Source: Candidatus Hydrogenedens sp.
Lineage (GTDB): Bacteria > Hydrogenedentota > Hydrogenedentia > Hydrogenedentales > Hydrogenedentaceae
DNA: 64,000 nucleotides
Direction of reading: 5' to 3'
Assembly: GCA_049968235.1 (NCBI GenBank)
Contig: JBMFRC010000004.1
Location: 160,001 to 224,000 of the forward strand
In this document: piece by piece, positions 50,774 to 59,781 of the stretch
Numbering within the stretch: the stretch's first letter is position 1
Layout of the letters: each line of letters begins with the position of its first letter
Position numbers and translations under genes: made by a program
Notes under the pieces: generated by a model
What the model saw: only the letters and a program-made list of their open reading frames with translations
What the model was told of the DNA's origin: nothing
Database searches by the model: none

Positions 50774-52312
50774 ATGAATGTTTTATTAGTTTCACTCCAA
50801 AAAAATTTTAGTATTATTGGCTTAAAACTCTTACACGAGATATTACGCAGAGAGGGCTTTAATTCTAACATTTTATACATACCGGGCTTCCCACAGGATT
50901 CAAAAAATCTCGATTCTCTAAAAGGATATATAAAAGATTTTTCACCAGAATGGATAGGGGTAAGTCTTACATCAACAGAGTATAAATATGCAAGGGATTT
51001 TACATTATTTATGAAAAAAAACTTTGACATCCCGGTAATATGGGGTGGAGTAGAACCTACTGTTTCGCCCGAGCACTGTATAGATTATGCTGACTATGTG
51101 TGTATAGGAGAAGGGGAGAAAGCAGTTATAGATATTTCAAATGTTATAAAAAATGGTAAAAAGTTAGAAAATATTAACAATTTAGCATTCAGAGATGGAA
51201 AAGAAATTCATAGAAATCCATTAAACCCTTTAATTGAGAACTTGGATGAGTTACCTTTTATACCTCGTGTACCCTCTAACTCATTCTTGTTATACAAAGG
51301 TAAATTACTAGAACTAACTCATAAACTGGTTAGAAAAAATACAGTACTCCACGCAAGCATTTACAGAGTCATAAATAGCCGCGGATGTCCAATGCACTGT
51401 ACTTTTTGCATAAATTCCTTCTACTTTGATTTGTATCCCACCTATCATTTTAGGACTGCTTCACCTAAACACATAATAGAAGGTATAGTCCGTGGTCTGC
51501 AGGAGCCACTACCAGTTGCAGTTATATCATTTTTAGATGAAAACTTCTTCGCCCGCAAAAAAGAAGACTTGGACATGTTCTTCAAACTATACAAGGAAAG
51601 GGTAAACATCCCGTATATCATCTATTCTTCCCCGAATTACATCACCGATGAAAATCTTGAAAAGGCAATTGATTCAGGACTACGAGGTATTCAAATAGGT
51701 TTACAGAGCGGAAGTGAATCAGTCTGCAAAAACATTTACAAAAGGACTGTCTCCATCAAAAAATTCTTGGAAAGTGTAGAAAGAGTAAAAAGATATGATG
51801 TTGTCCCTAATATTGATGTCATCTGCGATAACCCATTCGAGACACTCGAAGATGACTTAGCGACAATCGAAGTTTTGTGCAAAATTCCAAAACCTTACTT
51901 TTTCTATCTGCTTTCTTTAACATTCTTTGAAGGTATCCCTCTGAGAAAAATAGCTGAAGAAAAAAAACCCGAAGTTCTTCATGACCCACATGTAAAAGAT
52001 ATCCTCATAACCAAACCTACAACCGTAAACAGACTAAAACATTTAGCTGGCATATCTCCGTCTAAAATTGTCATGTTCTTCAGCAAGTGGTATAAGAAAA
52101 ATCCTGATTCAGTAATACTAAAAATACTTGTAGAAATTTGCTTTTGGTTCACACTAATTTTCATCCAACCATTTGTATTTCTCTGGATACTTTATATCTT
52201 TAGCAAAAAGTCTATAAAGCAAATGTTAAAGTATCTTTACTATTTTGTCGATTTCCGTATATTCAAAACCTTCAACTTCTGGCGAACTTCTAAAGACACA
52301 GCCCAAACATAA
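50774..52312 (+). CDS. B12-binding domain radical SAM protein (class B rSAM) with C-terminal hydrophobic segment
   Basis: 512 aa. B12-binding N-terminus (WIGVSLTSTEY...VIWGGVEPTVSPEH). Canonical CxxxCxxC (RGCPMHCTFC). C-terminal TM-like helix (ICFWFTLIFIQPFVFLWILYIF). Confidence 0.8.
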   Translation: MNVLLVSLQKNFSIIGLKLLHEILRREGFNSNILYIPGFPQDSKNLDSLKGYIKDFSPEWIGVSLTSTEYKYARDFTLFMKKNFDIPVIWGGVEPTVSPEHCIDYADYVCIGEGEKAVIDISNVIKNGKKLENINNLAFRDGKEIHRNPLNPLIENLDELPFIPRVPSNSFLLYKGKLLELTHKLVRKNTVLHASIYRVINSRGCPMHCTFCINSFYFDLYPTYHFRTASPKHIIEGIVRGLQEPLPVAVISFLDENFFARKKEDLDMFFKLYKERVNIPYIIYSSPNYITDENLEKAIDSGLRGIQIGLQSGSESVCKNIYKRTVSIKKFLESVERVKRYDVVPNIDVICDNPFETLEDDLATIEVLCKIPKPYFFYLLSLTFFEGIPLRKIAEEKKPEVLHDPHVKDILITKPTTVNRLKHLAGISPSKIVMFFSKWYKKNPDSVILKILVEICFWFTLIFIQPFVFLWILYIFSKKSIKQMLKYLYYFVDFRIFKTFNFWRTSKDTAQT

Positions 52313-52617
52313 GAAAATCAACCTGGTCTCAAGCACAATTAGAATATTCGATAACGACAAGTGTATTGGGTACCACGAAGAAATTCAAAATTTAGCAAGT
52401 TAATATCTAAAACTAAAAAAACTCCTTTCATCAGTCTGCGAATAATCAATTCATTTAATTAAAAAGTATTCAGCCCACTTTATTACCACTTCACAATTAA
52501 AATAAAGAATATATATCCAATATTAAGAGGACGATATGAGAATTTAAGAAACGATAGAATTTGAAGGAGTTTACTACCCACCTTCTGCTGAGTAAAAAAA
52601 ACAGCCCTCAGGAAAAT

Positions 52618-52900
52618 ATATCTTCGACCTATAAGAAATTGGACATAGATAGTAAACGCAGACCTATAACAGAGGGGGAAACATAATGCCAGAAAAGGTA
52701 TTCGAGTATATAATAAACAGGCATAGTGGCAGGGTCATAAAGAGGATTTAAGAAAAGGAATTCCTTTAATGACCCAGCATTTATATGAACTAAACTGGAA
52801 TACTCATCCCACCACCCTGATTCATCTGAAGTTTTATATATACAAATAACAAAAGCCAATAAAATAATAAGCAAACAAAAAACAAACACTTGTATATTAT
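52618..52900. repeat. direct repeat copy B (inside the chimeric pseudogene)
   Basis: See copy A. The two copies have the same orientation and lie about 7.8 kb apart. They bracket the IS remnant, two GT-C paralogs and a B12-rSAM gene. Confidence 0.7.
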
Positions 52901-53401
52901 GTCTCTTAGGTAATAATCCGGGATTTTGGATTATTTCCCCTGTCTTATCCTTCCAGTAAATCCCATTAATATTCTGTAATGACTCTTTTTCCGGAAAAGT
53001 TTCTATAATCTGCTTTAATGCAATTTCGCCTTCCCCGGGACCAGAATATCTATATCTACATCGTCAAAGACACCTTTTCGGACTGCAGAAGCATGTGGTC
53101 ATCCTACAATAATCCATGCAGAAGGACAGGCTGTTCTAAGCATAGGAATTAATGAAGGCAATAAATAGGCAAAGGTTGTAAAAGTAGATATACCTATAAT
53201 ATCGGGATTAAATTCTTTAATACGCCCGCATAATTCTTCTACGCTATAATTTTCTAATCTTTGATTTAATATGCCTATATCAATATCTCTTAACGCCCTT
53301 CGGAGATACGCCGAAAGATAAAGTAAACCCATAGGAGGTGTGGCTAATGGATATAAAGGCCTTCGTAAACCCAGATTAACTAAAAACAATCTTTTCTTCA
53401 T
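52629..53401 (-). pseudogene. chimeric pseudogene: 5' part of a B12-rSAM (B12-binding domain) fused in-frame to the 5' end of a subfamily-B GT-C gene; disrupted by an in-frame TGA and a -1 frameshift
   Basis: Minus-strand reading 53401->53099 gives MKKRLFLVNL...IGISTFTTF...AWIIVG then TGA. The intact paralog has IVGGPHxx here, so GGA->TGA. Continuing gives PHASAVRKGVFDDVDIDILV. Then a 1-nt loss in a G-run (ccgggg) shifts into GEGEIALKQIIETFPEKESLQNINGIYWKDKTGEIIQNPGLLPKRHNIQ. This runs directly into VFVFCLLIILLAFVICIYKTSDESGWWDEYSSLVHINAGSLKEF..., the N-terminus of the 42859-45072 GT-C protein. It terminates at 52629. Confidence 0.6.
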
Positions 53402-53451
53402 TTATCTCGGACCTAAATAGTTAAAATTATACACCAAATTTTTTTATCATT

Positions 53452-54624
53452 TCAGATAGCATGGAAAAATTTTTCATAGGTATGTGCTGGTATAGCATGA
53501 AATTTACATAAAATCCATACCAACCATTTAAATTTTCGAAGTAAGGGATAATACGAGGGATAGTCTGTAAAGTACTTATTGGGTGCATTAATAATTGCCT
53601 CAAATTCTTCACGACTTATACCTTGTTTTCTTAAACAATGTTCAACTCGTTCTTCATCTTCAAAAAATGGAACTTCTCGTAACGCTCTTAATGCGGATTC
53701 GCGAGATATTACACCCGTTCTGACTTTTGCAGATAGTTCTACTACACGCCAGTCAAAACCGAATTTTCTCCGGGCATAATAGTAAACCAGAGTAAACAGT
53801 TCATTATCCAGGTGATGTTGCCCTGTATCCTGCCAATCAAATTTCTCTTTTAATAATTTCTCTACTTTTTCCCCCGTATCATCATAGTAATTGGTAATAT
53901 TTATTACACGGATTCTTTTCCAGAGAATCCAATAAATCATATCCTTTAATTCTACATTTTGAAAATGCTTTAACGGTATTGTGCAATATCGTTTGACAAT
54001 AGCACGCGTATATTTCCCGTCAATGTAGTTCCATTTCAATGGCGTTATCCCTTCTTCACGGAAGGAATGACTTAAAATAATGTAATGGACATTCTCGGCA
54101 ACTGCAGTTCGATATAAACTACTTGCAATGCCTATATCATCTGTTAGGTCAATATAAGGGACACAGGCGCGGATAGTTGCATTAGTCAATTCTCGTGATT
54201 CAGGCCAGTCCATAATTATTGTATGTAATTCTACATCTAATTTATCGCAGAGTTTGGCAAGGTTTGTTTTGGCAATTTCCGAGTCCCAACCGTTATCAAA
54301 ATGAACAGCCAGAGGACGCAATTTCATTATTTCCTTAACATAATATAAACAATAAGAAGTATCTCTCCCACCACTGACCCCAACTATACAATCGTATTTT
54401 TTTTCTTTTCCATCGTTTCTTATCTTCTCTGCAATTTTTTGCAATATCATTGCTCCTTTTTCGCCGGTAGGAAAACGCCTATCCAATTTATCATGTATGT
54501 GGCAGAAATTACATATACCTTGATGATCTAAATAAACTCCCGGAATAGATGTATCCATAACACATCGTTTGCATAATGTTTTATCTTCATTTTGTCGAAA
54601 CATATATCTACCAACTCTATTCAT
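53452..54624 (-). CDS. N-acetyl sugar amidotransferase, PP-loop ATPase family (WbuX/PseA-like)
   Basis: 390 aa. N-terminal Cys cluster (CKRCVMD...CNFC). PP-loop SGGxDS (CIVGVSGGRDTSY). Immediately followed by HisF- and HisH-like genes, the conserved acetamidino-sugar trio. Confidence 0.75.
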   Translation of the reverse strand: MNRVGRYMFRQNEDKTLCKRCVMDTSIPGVYLDHQGICNFCHIHDKLDRRFPTGEKGAMILQKIAEKIRNDGKEKKYDCIVGVSGGRDTSYCLYYVKEIMKLRPLAVHFDNGWDSEIAKTNLAKLCDKLDVELHTIIMDWPESRELTNATIRACVPYIDLTDDIGIASSLYRTAVAENVHYIILSHSFREEGITPLKWNYIDGKYTRAIVKRYCTIPLKHFQNVELKDMIYWILWKRIRVINITNYYDDTGEKVEKLLKEKFDWQDTGQHHLDNELFTLVYYYARRKFGFDWRVVELSAKVRTGVISRESALRALREVPFFEDEERVEHCLRKQGISREEFEAIINAPNKYFTDYPSYYPLLRKFKWLVWILCKFHAIPAHTYEKFFHAI

Positions 54625-55439
54625 AATCGTGATAATTCTAAATCAATCGGTTTTTTGGGGTCTCTTTTCCGAACATGTTCAGGTCGAAAATGCTCTAATA
54701 ATTGTTCTTCTGTAGGATAAGTTATTAATACTGTTCTTCGAGGACCGTAAAAAAGGAAGAATGCCCCACATGCTACTGCAGAAACTCCCGAAAAATAATA
54801 GGCATCCGCTAAATCTTTTACAGAACCTGCACCTCCGCAAGCAATTACAGGAATCTGGACATTATCTACAATCACTTTTATTAATTCCAAATCATATCCT
54901 TCAAGAGTCCCATCTCTATCAATACTTGTAATTAATATTTCACCTGCTCCTTCTTCCTCCGCTCTTTTCGCCAATTCGATTGGATTCAATCCTGTTGATT
55001 TTCGTCCTCCATGTGTGAATACTTCATATTTGCCATTTACTCTACGGACATCAATGGATACTACAATACATTGTCTTCCAAACTGTTCAGCGGATTTTTT
55101 TAATAAATCGGGAACCTCAATTACAGAAGTGTTAAGGACCACTCTATCAGCCCCTGCATTCAGTAATTCTCTTATGGTATTAATATCACGAATTCCGCCT
55201 CCAACTGTAAACGGCATGGATGTTTCCGCAGATATTTGTTTCACTATCTCTATTTCTGGAGAGCGATTTTCAAGTGTTGCTACAATATCTAACAAGATTA
55301 ATTCATCTACATTATGTTGATTAAAAACACGAGCTGCATTAATGGGACAACCCACATATTTCGGATTGGTAAATTGGATTGTTTTTTCCAATCCCCAATG
55401 TCGTAATAAAAGGACAGGTATCACTCTAACTTTTAGCAT
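54621..55439 (-). CDS. imidazole glycerol phosphate synthase cyclase-subunit paralog (HisF-like, WbuZ-type) of a glycan amidotransferase module
   Basis: 272 aa. HisF (beta/alpha)8 motifs (RVIPVLLL...DELILLDI...FTVGGGIR...ADRVVLNTS...IVVSIDV...GAGEILITSIDRDGT). Its context, not the his operon, indicates the LPS/glycan role. Confidence 0.8.
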   Translation of the reverse strand: MLKVRVIPVLLLRHWGLEKTIQFTNPKYVGCPINAARVFNQHNVDELILLDIVATLENRSPEIEIVKQISAETSMPFTVGGGIRDINTIRELLNAGADRVVLNTSVIEVPDLLKKSAEQFGRQCIVVSIDVRRVNGKYEVFTHGGRKSTGLNPIELAKRAEEEGAGEILITSIDRDGTLEGYDLELIKVIVDNVQIPVIACGGAGSVKDLADAYYFSGVSAVACGAFFLFYGPRRTVLITYPTEEQLLEHFRPEHVRKRDPKKPIDLELSRL

Positions 55440-56085
55440 TCAATACCTCGTTTAAAAAATTTTGTATTAACATTGTACCACTGATATAACTCTTTTCGGG
55501 ATGAAATTGAGTTCCATAAATATTCTTGTTTTGATATAAGGAAATAAATGGAATTCCATATTCCGTTATTCCCAGTTTTCCATTAATTTCCTTAAATGGA
55601 ACAAAATAAGAATGAGCAAAATAAAAATTAGGGGTTTCTATCATTCCGGATAACAATGATAATTCTTCTTTATAAACCTTTACATCGTTCCAACCGATAT
55701 GTGGTACGCGAATAGGGTCTTTAACTACATCTCGTATATGACAAACTCTTGCAGGTATCCATCCTAATCCCTTTGATTTTCCTTCCTCACTGAATTCTGT
55801 CATAATTTGAAAGCCTAAACAAATACCCAAGACGGGCTTTTTTAATTCTAATACATAATGATTTAATCTTCTGGTCAAGCCTATCTTTGTAAGGAAATCC
55901 ATAGCACTTCCGCAAGCACCAACTCCAGGTAAGACAATTGCATCGAATTTATCCAACTCAATTTCATTACTAACAACTTCAATAGCAACTCCGGTTTTAG
56001 CAAAACAACGATATACTGAATGTATATTTCCTGCGGAGTAATCAATAATTCCAATTTTTATATTTTTATCTTGAAATATTTTCAT
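55426..56085 (-). CDS. glutamine amidotransferase subunit paralog (HisH-like, WbuY-type)
   Basis: Class I GATase triad context (GICLGFQ Cys; HPEKS His). The ORF track extends to 56121, but MKIFQDKNIKIGIIDYSAGN at about 56085 is the likelier start. Confidence 0.8.
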   Translation of the reverse strand: MKIFQDKNIKIGIIDYSAGNIHSVYRCFAKTGVAIEVVSNEIELDKFDAIVLPGVGACGSAMDFLTKIGLTRRLNHYVLELKKPVLGICLGFQIMTEFSEEGKSKGLGWIPARVCHIRDVVKDPIRVPHIGWNDVKVYKEELSLLSGMIETPNFYFAHSYFVPFKEINGKLGITEYGIPFISLYQNKNIYGTQFHPEKSYISGTMLIQNFLNEVLNAKS

Positions 56086-57811
56086 TCCCACGGAAACTAT
56101 CCTTGTTTTGTGCCACCACAAAATTATTCAAAAACAGGTAATCCAGTCCTGACTCTATAAATGTCTGTAAGGCTTCTTCTGGAGTCCGAACAATGGGTGA
56201 TTCATGCATATTGAAACTTGTATTCAGTATTACACTGGTTCCTGTTAATTCCTTATAATTTTTTAATATTTTATAAAAAGTCGGATTATTTTCTTTTTTT
56301 ACAAGTTGGGCTCGCGTTGTTCCATCTATATGTACAACGGCACCATGTTGTTCTTTCATCTTTTGTGTACTTCGAAAACAGCATGTCATAAATTCACCTG
56401 CATGCCTTGCTTTTTCATATCCTATCAAAAACTGTTCCGCGTCCTCATATAAAAGAGCCGGAGCAAAAGGCATAAAATCACTTCGTTTTAACATAATGTT
56501 TAACTTTCCTGTTATATCCCGCATTGTAGAATCACATAAGATAGAACGATTACCTAAAGCACGTGGTCCCCATTCCATTTTATCATAAAATCGTGCAATA
56601 ATTTTTTTATGATAAAGACTTTCTGCTATAAATTGAAATATTTTTGTATCATCAAATTCCTGAAATGGAAGATTATATTTAAGTATTGCTGATTTAATTT
56701 CTTCGTTACTAAAACAATCTCCCCAAAATGCGTGCGGGAGGGGCTGGGGATTGAAATGGAATTGCGAACATATAGCCCCCAGGCTCAGTCCCCCATCTCC
56801 CATGTTTGGATATACAAATAATTCTTCGACTTCTGGTAATTCATGTATTTTTTGATTTAGCAACACATTAGCAAATACTCCTCCTGCAACGGCTACCTTA
56901 TTAAGTCCTGTTTTCTTTAGCCAATATTGAATTAAAGAACCAATTGTCTGTTCTAAGATATTTTGTGACCATGCACATAAATCCTCTCTTGAATATTTTT
57001 GTAATAATTGCAAAAGCCAGTCTCTTAATTTTTTACCATGAGGACCTTTGTATAAGAGAAGATTTTCATTCCATGAAAATGGGTTTTCATCTTTAATTTT
57101 GGATGCATCTCCATGGGCAGAAAGTCCCGTAAGTTTTCCTTCATCTCTACAAGGAACAAAGCCTAATACCTCTGTTAAATTTTCAAAAAATAGGCCAAAA
57201 GAACTTTTAGCAGAGGATTTCCATAACCTTGTTATAATATTTCCATGTCCTTGAGAAACAGTTAAGGATAGTCCATCCCCCATTCCATCTGCAGTAACAA
57301 TAAGTGCATTATCATACCCCGAACAGAAATAACTTCCCCATGCATGGGCTTCGTGATGCTCAATAAAATAAATAGGGATATGAGGAGGAAGAAAGGGTAA
57401 TCGCTTATGAATTATTTTTTTCAAAATGACAGATAATTTTTTTTTCATTCCTTCGGATGGATTCATATAACTAATAGGATTATAAGAAACAGCCCATTCT
57501 GTAATATTACTCCAATATGTTTTACTTTTTTGATTTTTTTCTCGCCTTGAAAGAAATGCTTTTTTTTGTAAATTTGGGAATAAGCGAAAAAATGGGAATG
57601 GGGTTACAAATCCAGAGACACATACTCCTTCTATATCTTTCCAGGTTAAACCTGTTTGTTTTAAGGCATTTTCTAACGATAGGTATGGAAAGCCTCCCTC
57701 ATTTTTTCTTTGTGTGTATCGTTCCTCGTTGGACATAAATAAAATTTTATCATCATCACAAAGAGTAACACCCGCGTCAAAAAAATCTTCACTAATTCCC
57801 AATATAATCAT
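56066..57811 (-). CDS. NodU/CmcH-family carbamoyltransferase
   Basis: 581 aa. ASKHA-fold N-domain (MIILGISEDFFDAGVTLC...). Metal-binding His residues (HHEAHAW). C-terminal YrdC-like carbamoyl-adenylate domain. Family members O-carbamoylate sugars and antibiotics. Confidence 0.8.
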   Translation of the reverse strand: MIILGISEDFFDAGVTLCDDDKILFMSNEERYTQRKNEGGFPYLSLENALKQTGLTWKDIEGVCVSGFVTPFPFFRLFPNLQKKAFLSRREKNQKSKTYWSNITEWAVSYNPISYMNPSEGMKKKLSVILKKIIHKRLPFLPPHIPIYFIEHHEAHAWGSYFCSGYDNALIVTADGMGDGLSLTVSQGHGNIITRLWKSSAKSSFGLFFENLTEVLGFVPCRDEGKLTGLSAHGDASKIKDENPFSWNENLLLYKGPHGKKLRDWLLQLLQKYSREDLCAWSQNILEQTIGSLIQYWLKKTGLNKVAVAGGVFANVLLNQKIHELPEVEELFVYPNMGDGGLSLGAICSQFHFNPQPLPHAFWGDCFSNEEIKSAILKYNLPFQEFDDTKIFQFIAESLYHKKIIARFYDKMEWGPRALGNRSILCDSTMRDITGKLNIMLKRSDFMPFAPALLYEDAEQFLIGYEKARHAGEFMTCCFRSTQKMKEQHGAVVHIDGTTRAQLVKKENNPTFYKILKNYKELTGTSVILNTSFNMHESPIVRTPEEALQTFIESGLDYLFLNNFVVAQNKDSFRGNENISR

Positions 57812-57841
57812 GAATAATCAATCCTTTGAATTGAAAACAAT

Positions 57842-58828
57842 TTATATCCATAGAGCATTCCAGATTGCAGAAGGATTTAAATTCCATATTAAAGCAAGTT
57901 CTACTATCGGTGCACACCAACAGGTTGCACAACCTATAGGAACTGTTAATTGTTTTATTGACTTCTCGAAATTTTTTTCTGTTTCTTTTTTCTGTTTATA
58001 CAGTTTTCGTGTTCCAAACAAGTGGCAGGAAAGTATCGTTCCATCCGGTTCTATTGTATATGTTAACCGACCTGCACAACACCATATTTTCGTGGGATGA
58101 GGCCAGTTGCTTAAATATTTTAAGCCTGCAAATGAATTGCGTACAGGTGCCCCCTGTTTTTTATTTTTTATAATGTACTGTATCGTATCAAAATACTCAT
58201 CTTTATTAGGAGCAATTGGATTGGGTTTTAATGATGAATCCAGATGTAGAGTTGCAGGTTGAAACATTACTTTAATATGTTCTTCCTGAGCCTTTTGCAA
58301 AACATAATCTATTGTTTTTATATTTAGTTTTGAAATTACACATAAAAAAGATGTAGATATATTTTTCATTTTGCAATATTTTACAACCTCAAATAAATGT
58401 TTGTAGGTCCCTTTACCTCGGATTTCATCATGTATCTCTTCGGGACCATCAAAACTTAAATTAATATGGTCAATATACTTCTCAATTCCGTCATGTTTTT
58501 CTATGTTTACCCCCGTAGAACTTAAAAAAATGTTCAATCCAAGTGATTTTGAATGTTGCAAAATTGTCATTATATCTTTTTTAATTAATGGTTCTCCTCC
58601 ACCAAATGTAATCCATCTTACACCTGATTTGTATAAGATTGTTAATCTTTCTATAATTTCTTCCGTATCTAACTCATTTATAGAAACTTCACGAGAACCA
58701 CAGTAAAGGCACTGATAAGGACAACGAAAAGTTAAATTCCATTCTACAAACAATGGTGCATTTATCCCTAATATTTTTGTTTTTATCCATGATTTTAAGA
58801 GTGCAGGGACGTTTTTTATTTTCTTCAT
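57842..58828 (-). CDS. radical SAM protein with C-terminal SPASM/twitch-like Cys-rich domain
   Basis: 328 aa. CxxxCxxC (LTFRCPYQCLYCGS). C-terminal auxiliary-cluster cysteines (CCAGRL...CHLFG...CATCWC). Confidence 0.7.
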   Translation of the reverse strand: MKKIKNVPALLKSWIKTKILGINAPLFVEWNLTFRCPYQCLYCGSREVSINELDTEEIIERLTILYKSGVRWITFGGGEPLIKKDIMTILQHSKSLGLNIFLSSTGVNIEKHDGIEKYIDHINLSFDGPEEIHDEIRGKGTYKHLFEVVKYCKMKNISTSFLCVISKLNIKTIDYVLQKAQEEHIKVMFQPATLHLDSSLKPNPIAPNKDEYFDTIQYIIKNKKQGAPVRNSFAGLKYLSNWPHPTKIWCCAGRLTYTIEPDGTILSCHLFGTRKLYKQKKETEKNFEKSIKQLTVPIGCATCWCAPIVELALIWNLNPSAIWNALWI

Positions 58829-59757
58829 TGAATACTTTCTTCCAAATGAATCTTTTTATATAATTTCAATCGAAATAGTGCTAACCAACCTACGGGAATC
58901 CATATCCAGAATGTAATTATACGAAACAGTCCTATAACAAGGATTATTTCTGGCAACTGAACCTTAAGCCAGTGCAGAGAAATACTCATTGTTGTTTCAA
59001 CAATCCCAATTCCTCCGGGGATTCCGCTACATATTGCGAGGAAGAGATTTCCCAACACAATCATTTCTGCTTGAGTTAAATATATTCCTGATTCTTTTCC
59101 TCCTAACAATAAATAAAAAATAAGACCGTTAACAGCCCAACCTATTGAACAACCTATGCAAAATATGATGAGGAATAAAGGATGTGATAAATCATCTGCC
59201 AGTGATATTTTGAATTTTGATAACAAGGGCTTTGACATTTTAATGAATAAAGGGAACATAATTAATATTAAAAGTGAAAGAATTATCGGCAGGAGAAAAG
59301 TATTCGCATAAAATCCTAAGGACATAATTATTATTAAAAATGCTCCTTCAAAAACACATAATAAAAATAGAAATTCTAAAGACATTGCCTTTGAGAGGGA
59401 AATATCTGTTGTTTTTGTAATTATATATCCTCTTAAAGCCCTTCCTAACTGTGCGGGCAATATAATTCCTGCTCCAGAACTCAGGTAAATCCAAACTGAC
59501 TTCATTATAGGAACATTTGCAGAATACTTTTTGAGCATACATCTCCATAAATAATAATCCAATATCCAGTCTAACAACCGTAAAGAACATGCAAACAGGA
59601 ACAATCGCCATCTATTTATAATTAAATTCTTTATATCTGTAAGATTCTCTTCTCTTATCTGATAAATTCCAAAACAAGTTATTACAAAAAGAAGAACAAA
59701 ACCAGATATATGTAGTAAATTTAATATTTTGTCTTTATTTTTTATAAAATTAAACAT
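58825..59757 (-). CDS. flippase-like polytopic membrane protein (UPF0104 / LPG-synthase-TM-like)
   Basis: 310 aa, about 8 TM helices. This family is commonly adjacent to GT2 polyprenyl-phosphate glycosyltransferases. Overlaps the upstream rSAM by 4 nt. Confidence 0.5.
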   Translation of the reverse strand: MFNFIKNKDKILNLLHISGFVLLFVITCFGIYQIREENLTDIKNLIINRWRLFLFACSLRLLDWILDYYLWRCMLKKYSANVPIMKSVWIYLSSGAGIILPAQLGRALRGYIITKTTDISLSKAMSLEFLFLLCVFEGAFLIIIMSLGFYANTFLLPIILSLLILIMFPLFIKMSKPLLSKFKISLADDLSHPLFLIIFCIGCSIGWAVNGLIFYLLLGGKESGIYLTQAEMIVLGNLFLAICSGIPGGIGIVETTMSISLHWLKVQLPEIILVIGLFRIITFWIWIPVGWLALFRLKLYKKIHLEESIQ

Positions 59758-59781
59758 TAGTTAAATTATTTTAATTTAGGA

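Noticed and set aside
53098-53100. TGA at the position where the intact paralog has GGA (Gly), which could hint at UGA=Gly recoding (genetic code 25, SR1/Gracilibacteria)
   Set aside because: All long, motif-verified genes in the window are delimited correctly under the standard code, and none requires TGA read-through. The same fragment also carries a frameshift. A nonsense mutation in a pseudogene is the simpler reading.
53427-53779. Small ORFs 53427-53612 (-) and 53579-53779 (+) next to the WbuX-like gene
   Set aside because: They overlap the 3' end of the 390-aa PP-loop amidotransferase in alternative frames. No support.
54621-56085. HisF/HisH as histidine-biosynthesis genes
   Set aside because: No other his genes are present. 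The two genes are sandwiched between a WbuX-type PP-loop amidotransferase and a carbamoyltransferase inside a glycan locus, which is the known acetamidino-sugar context.
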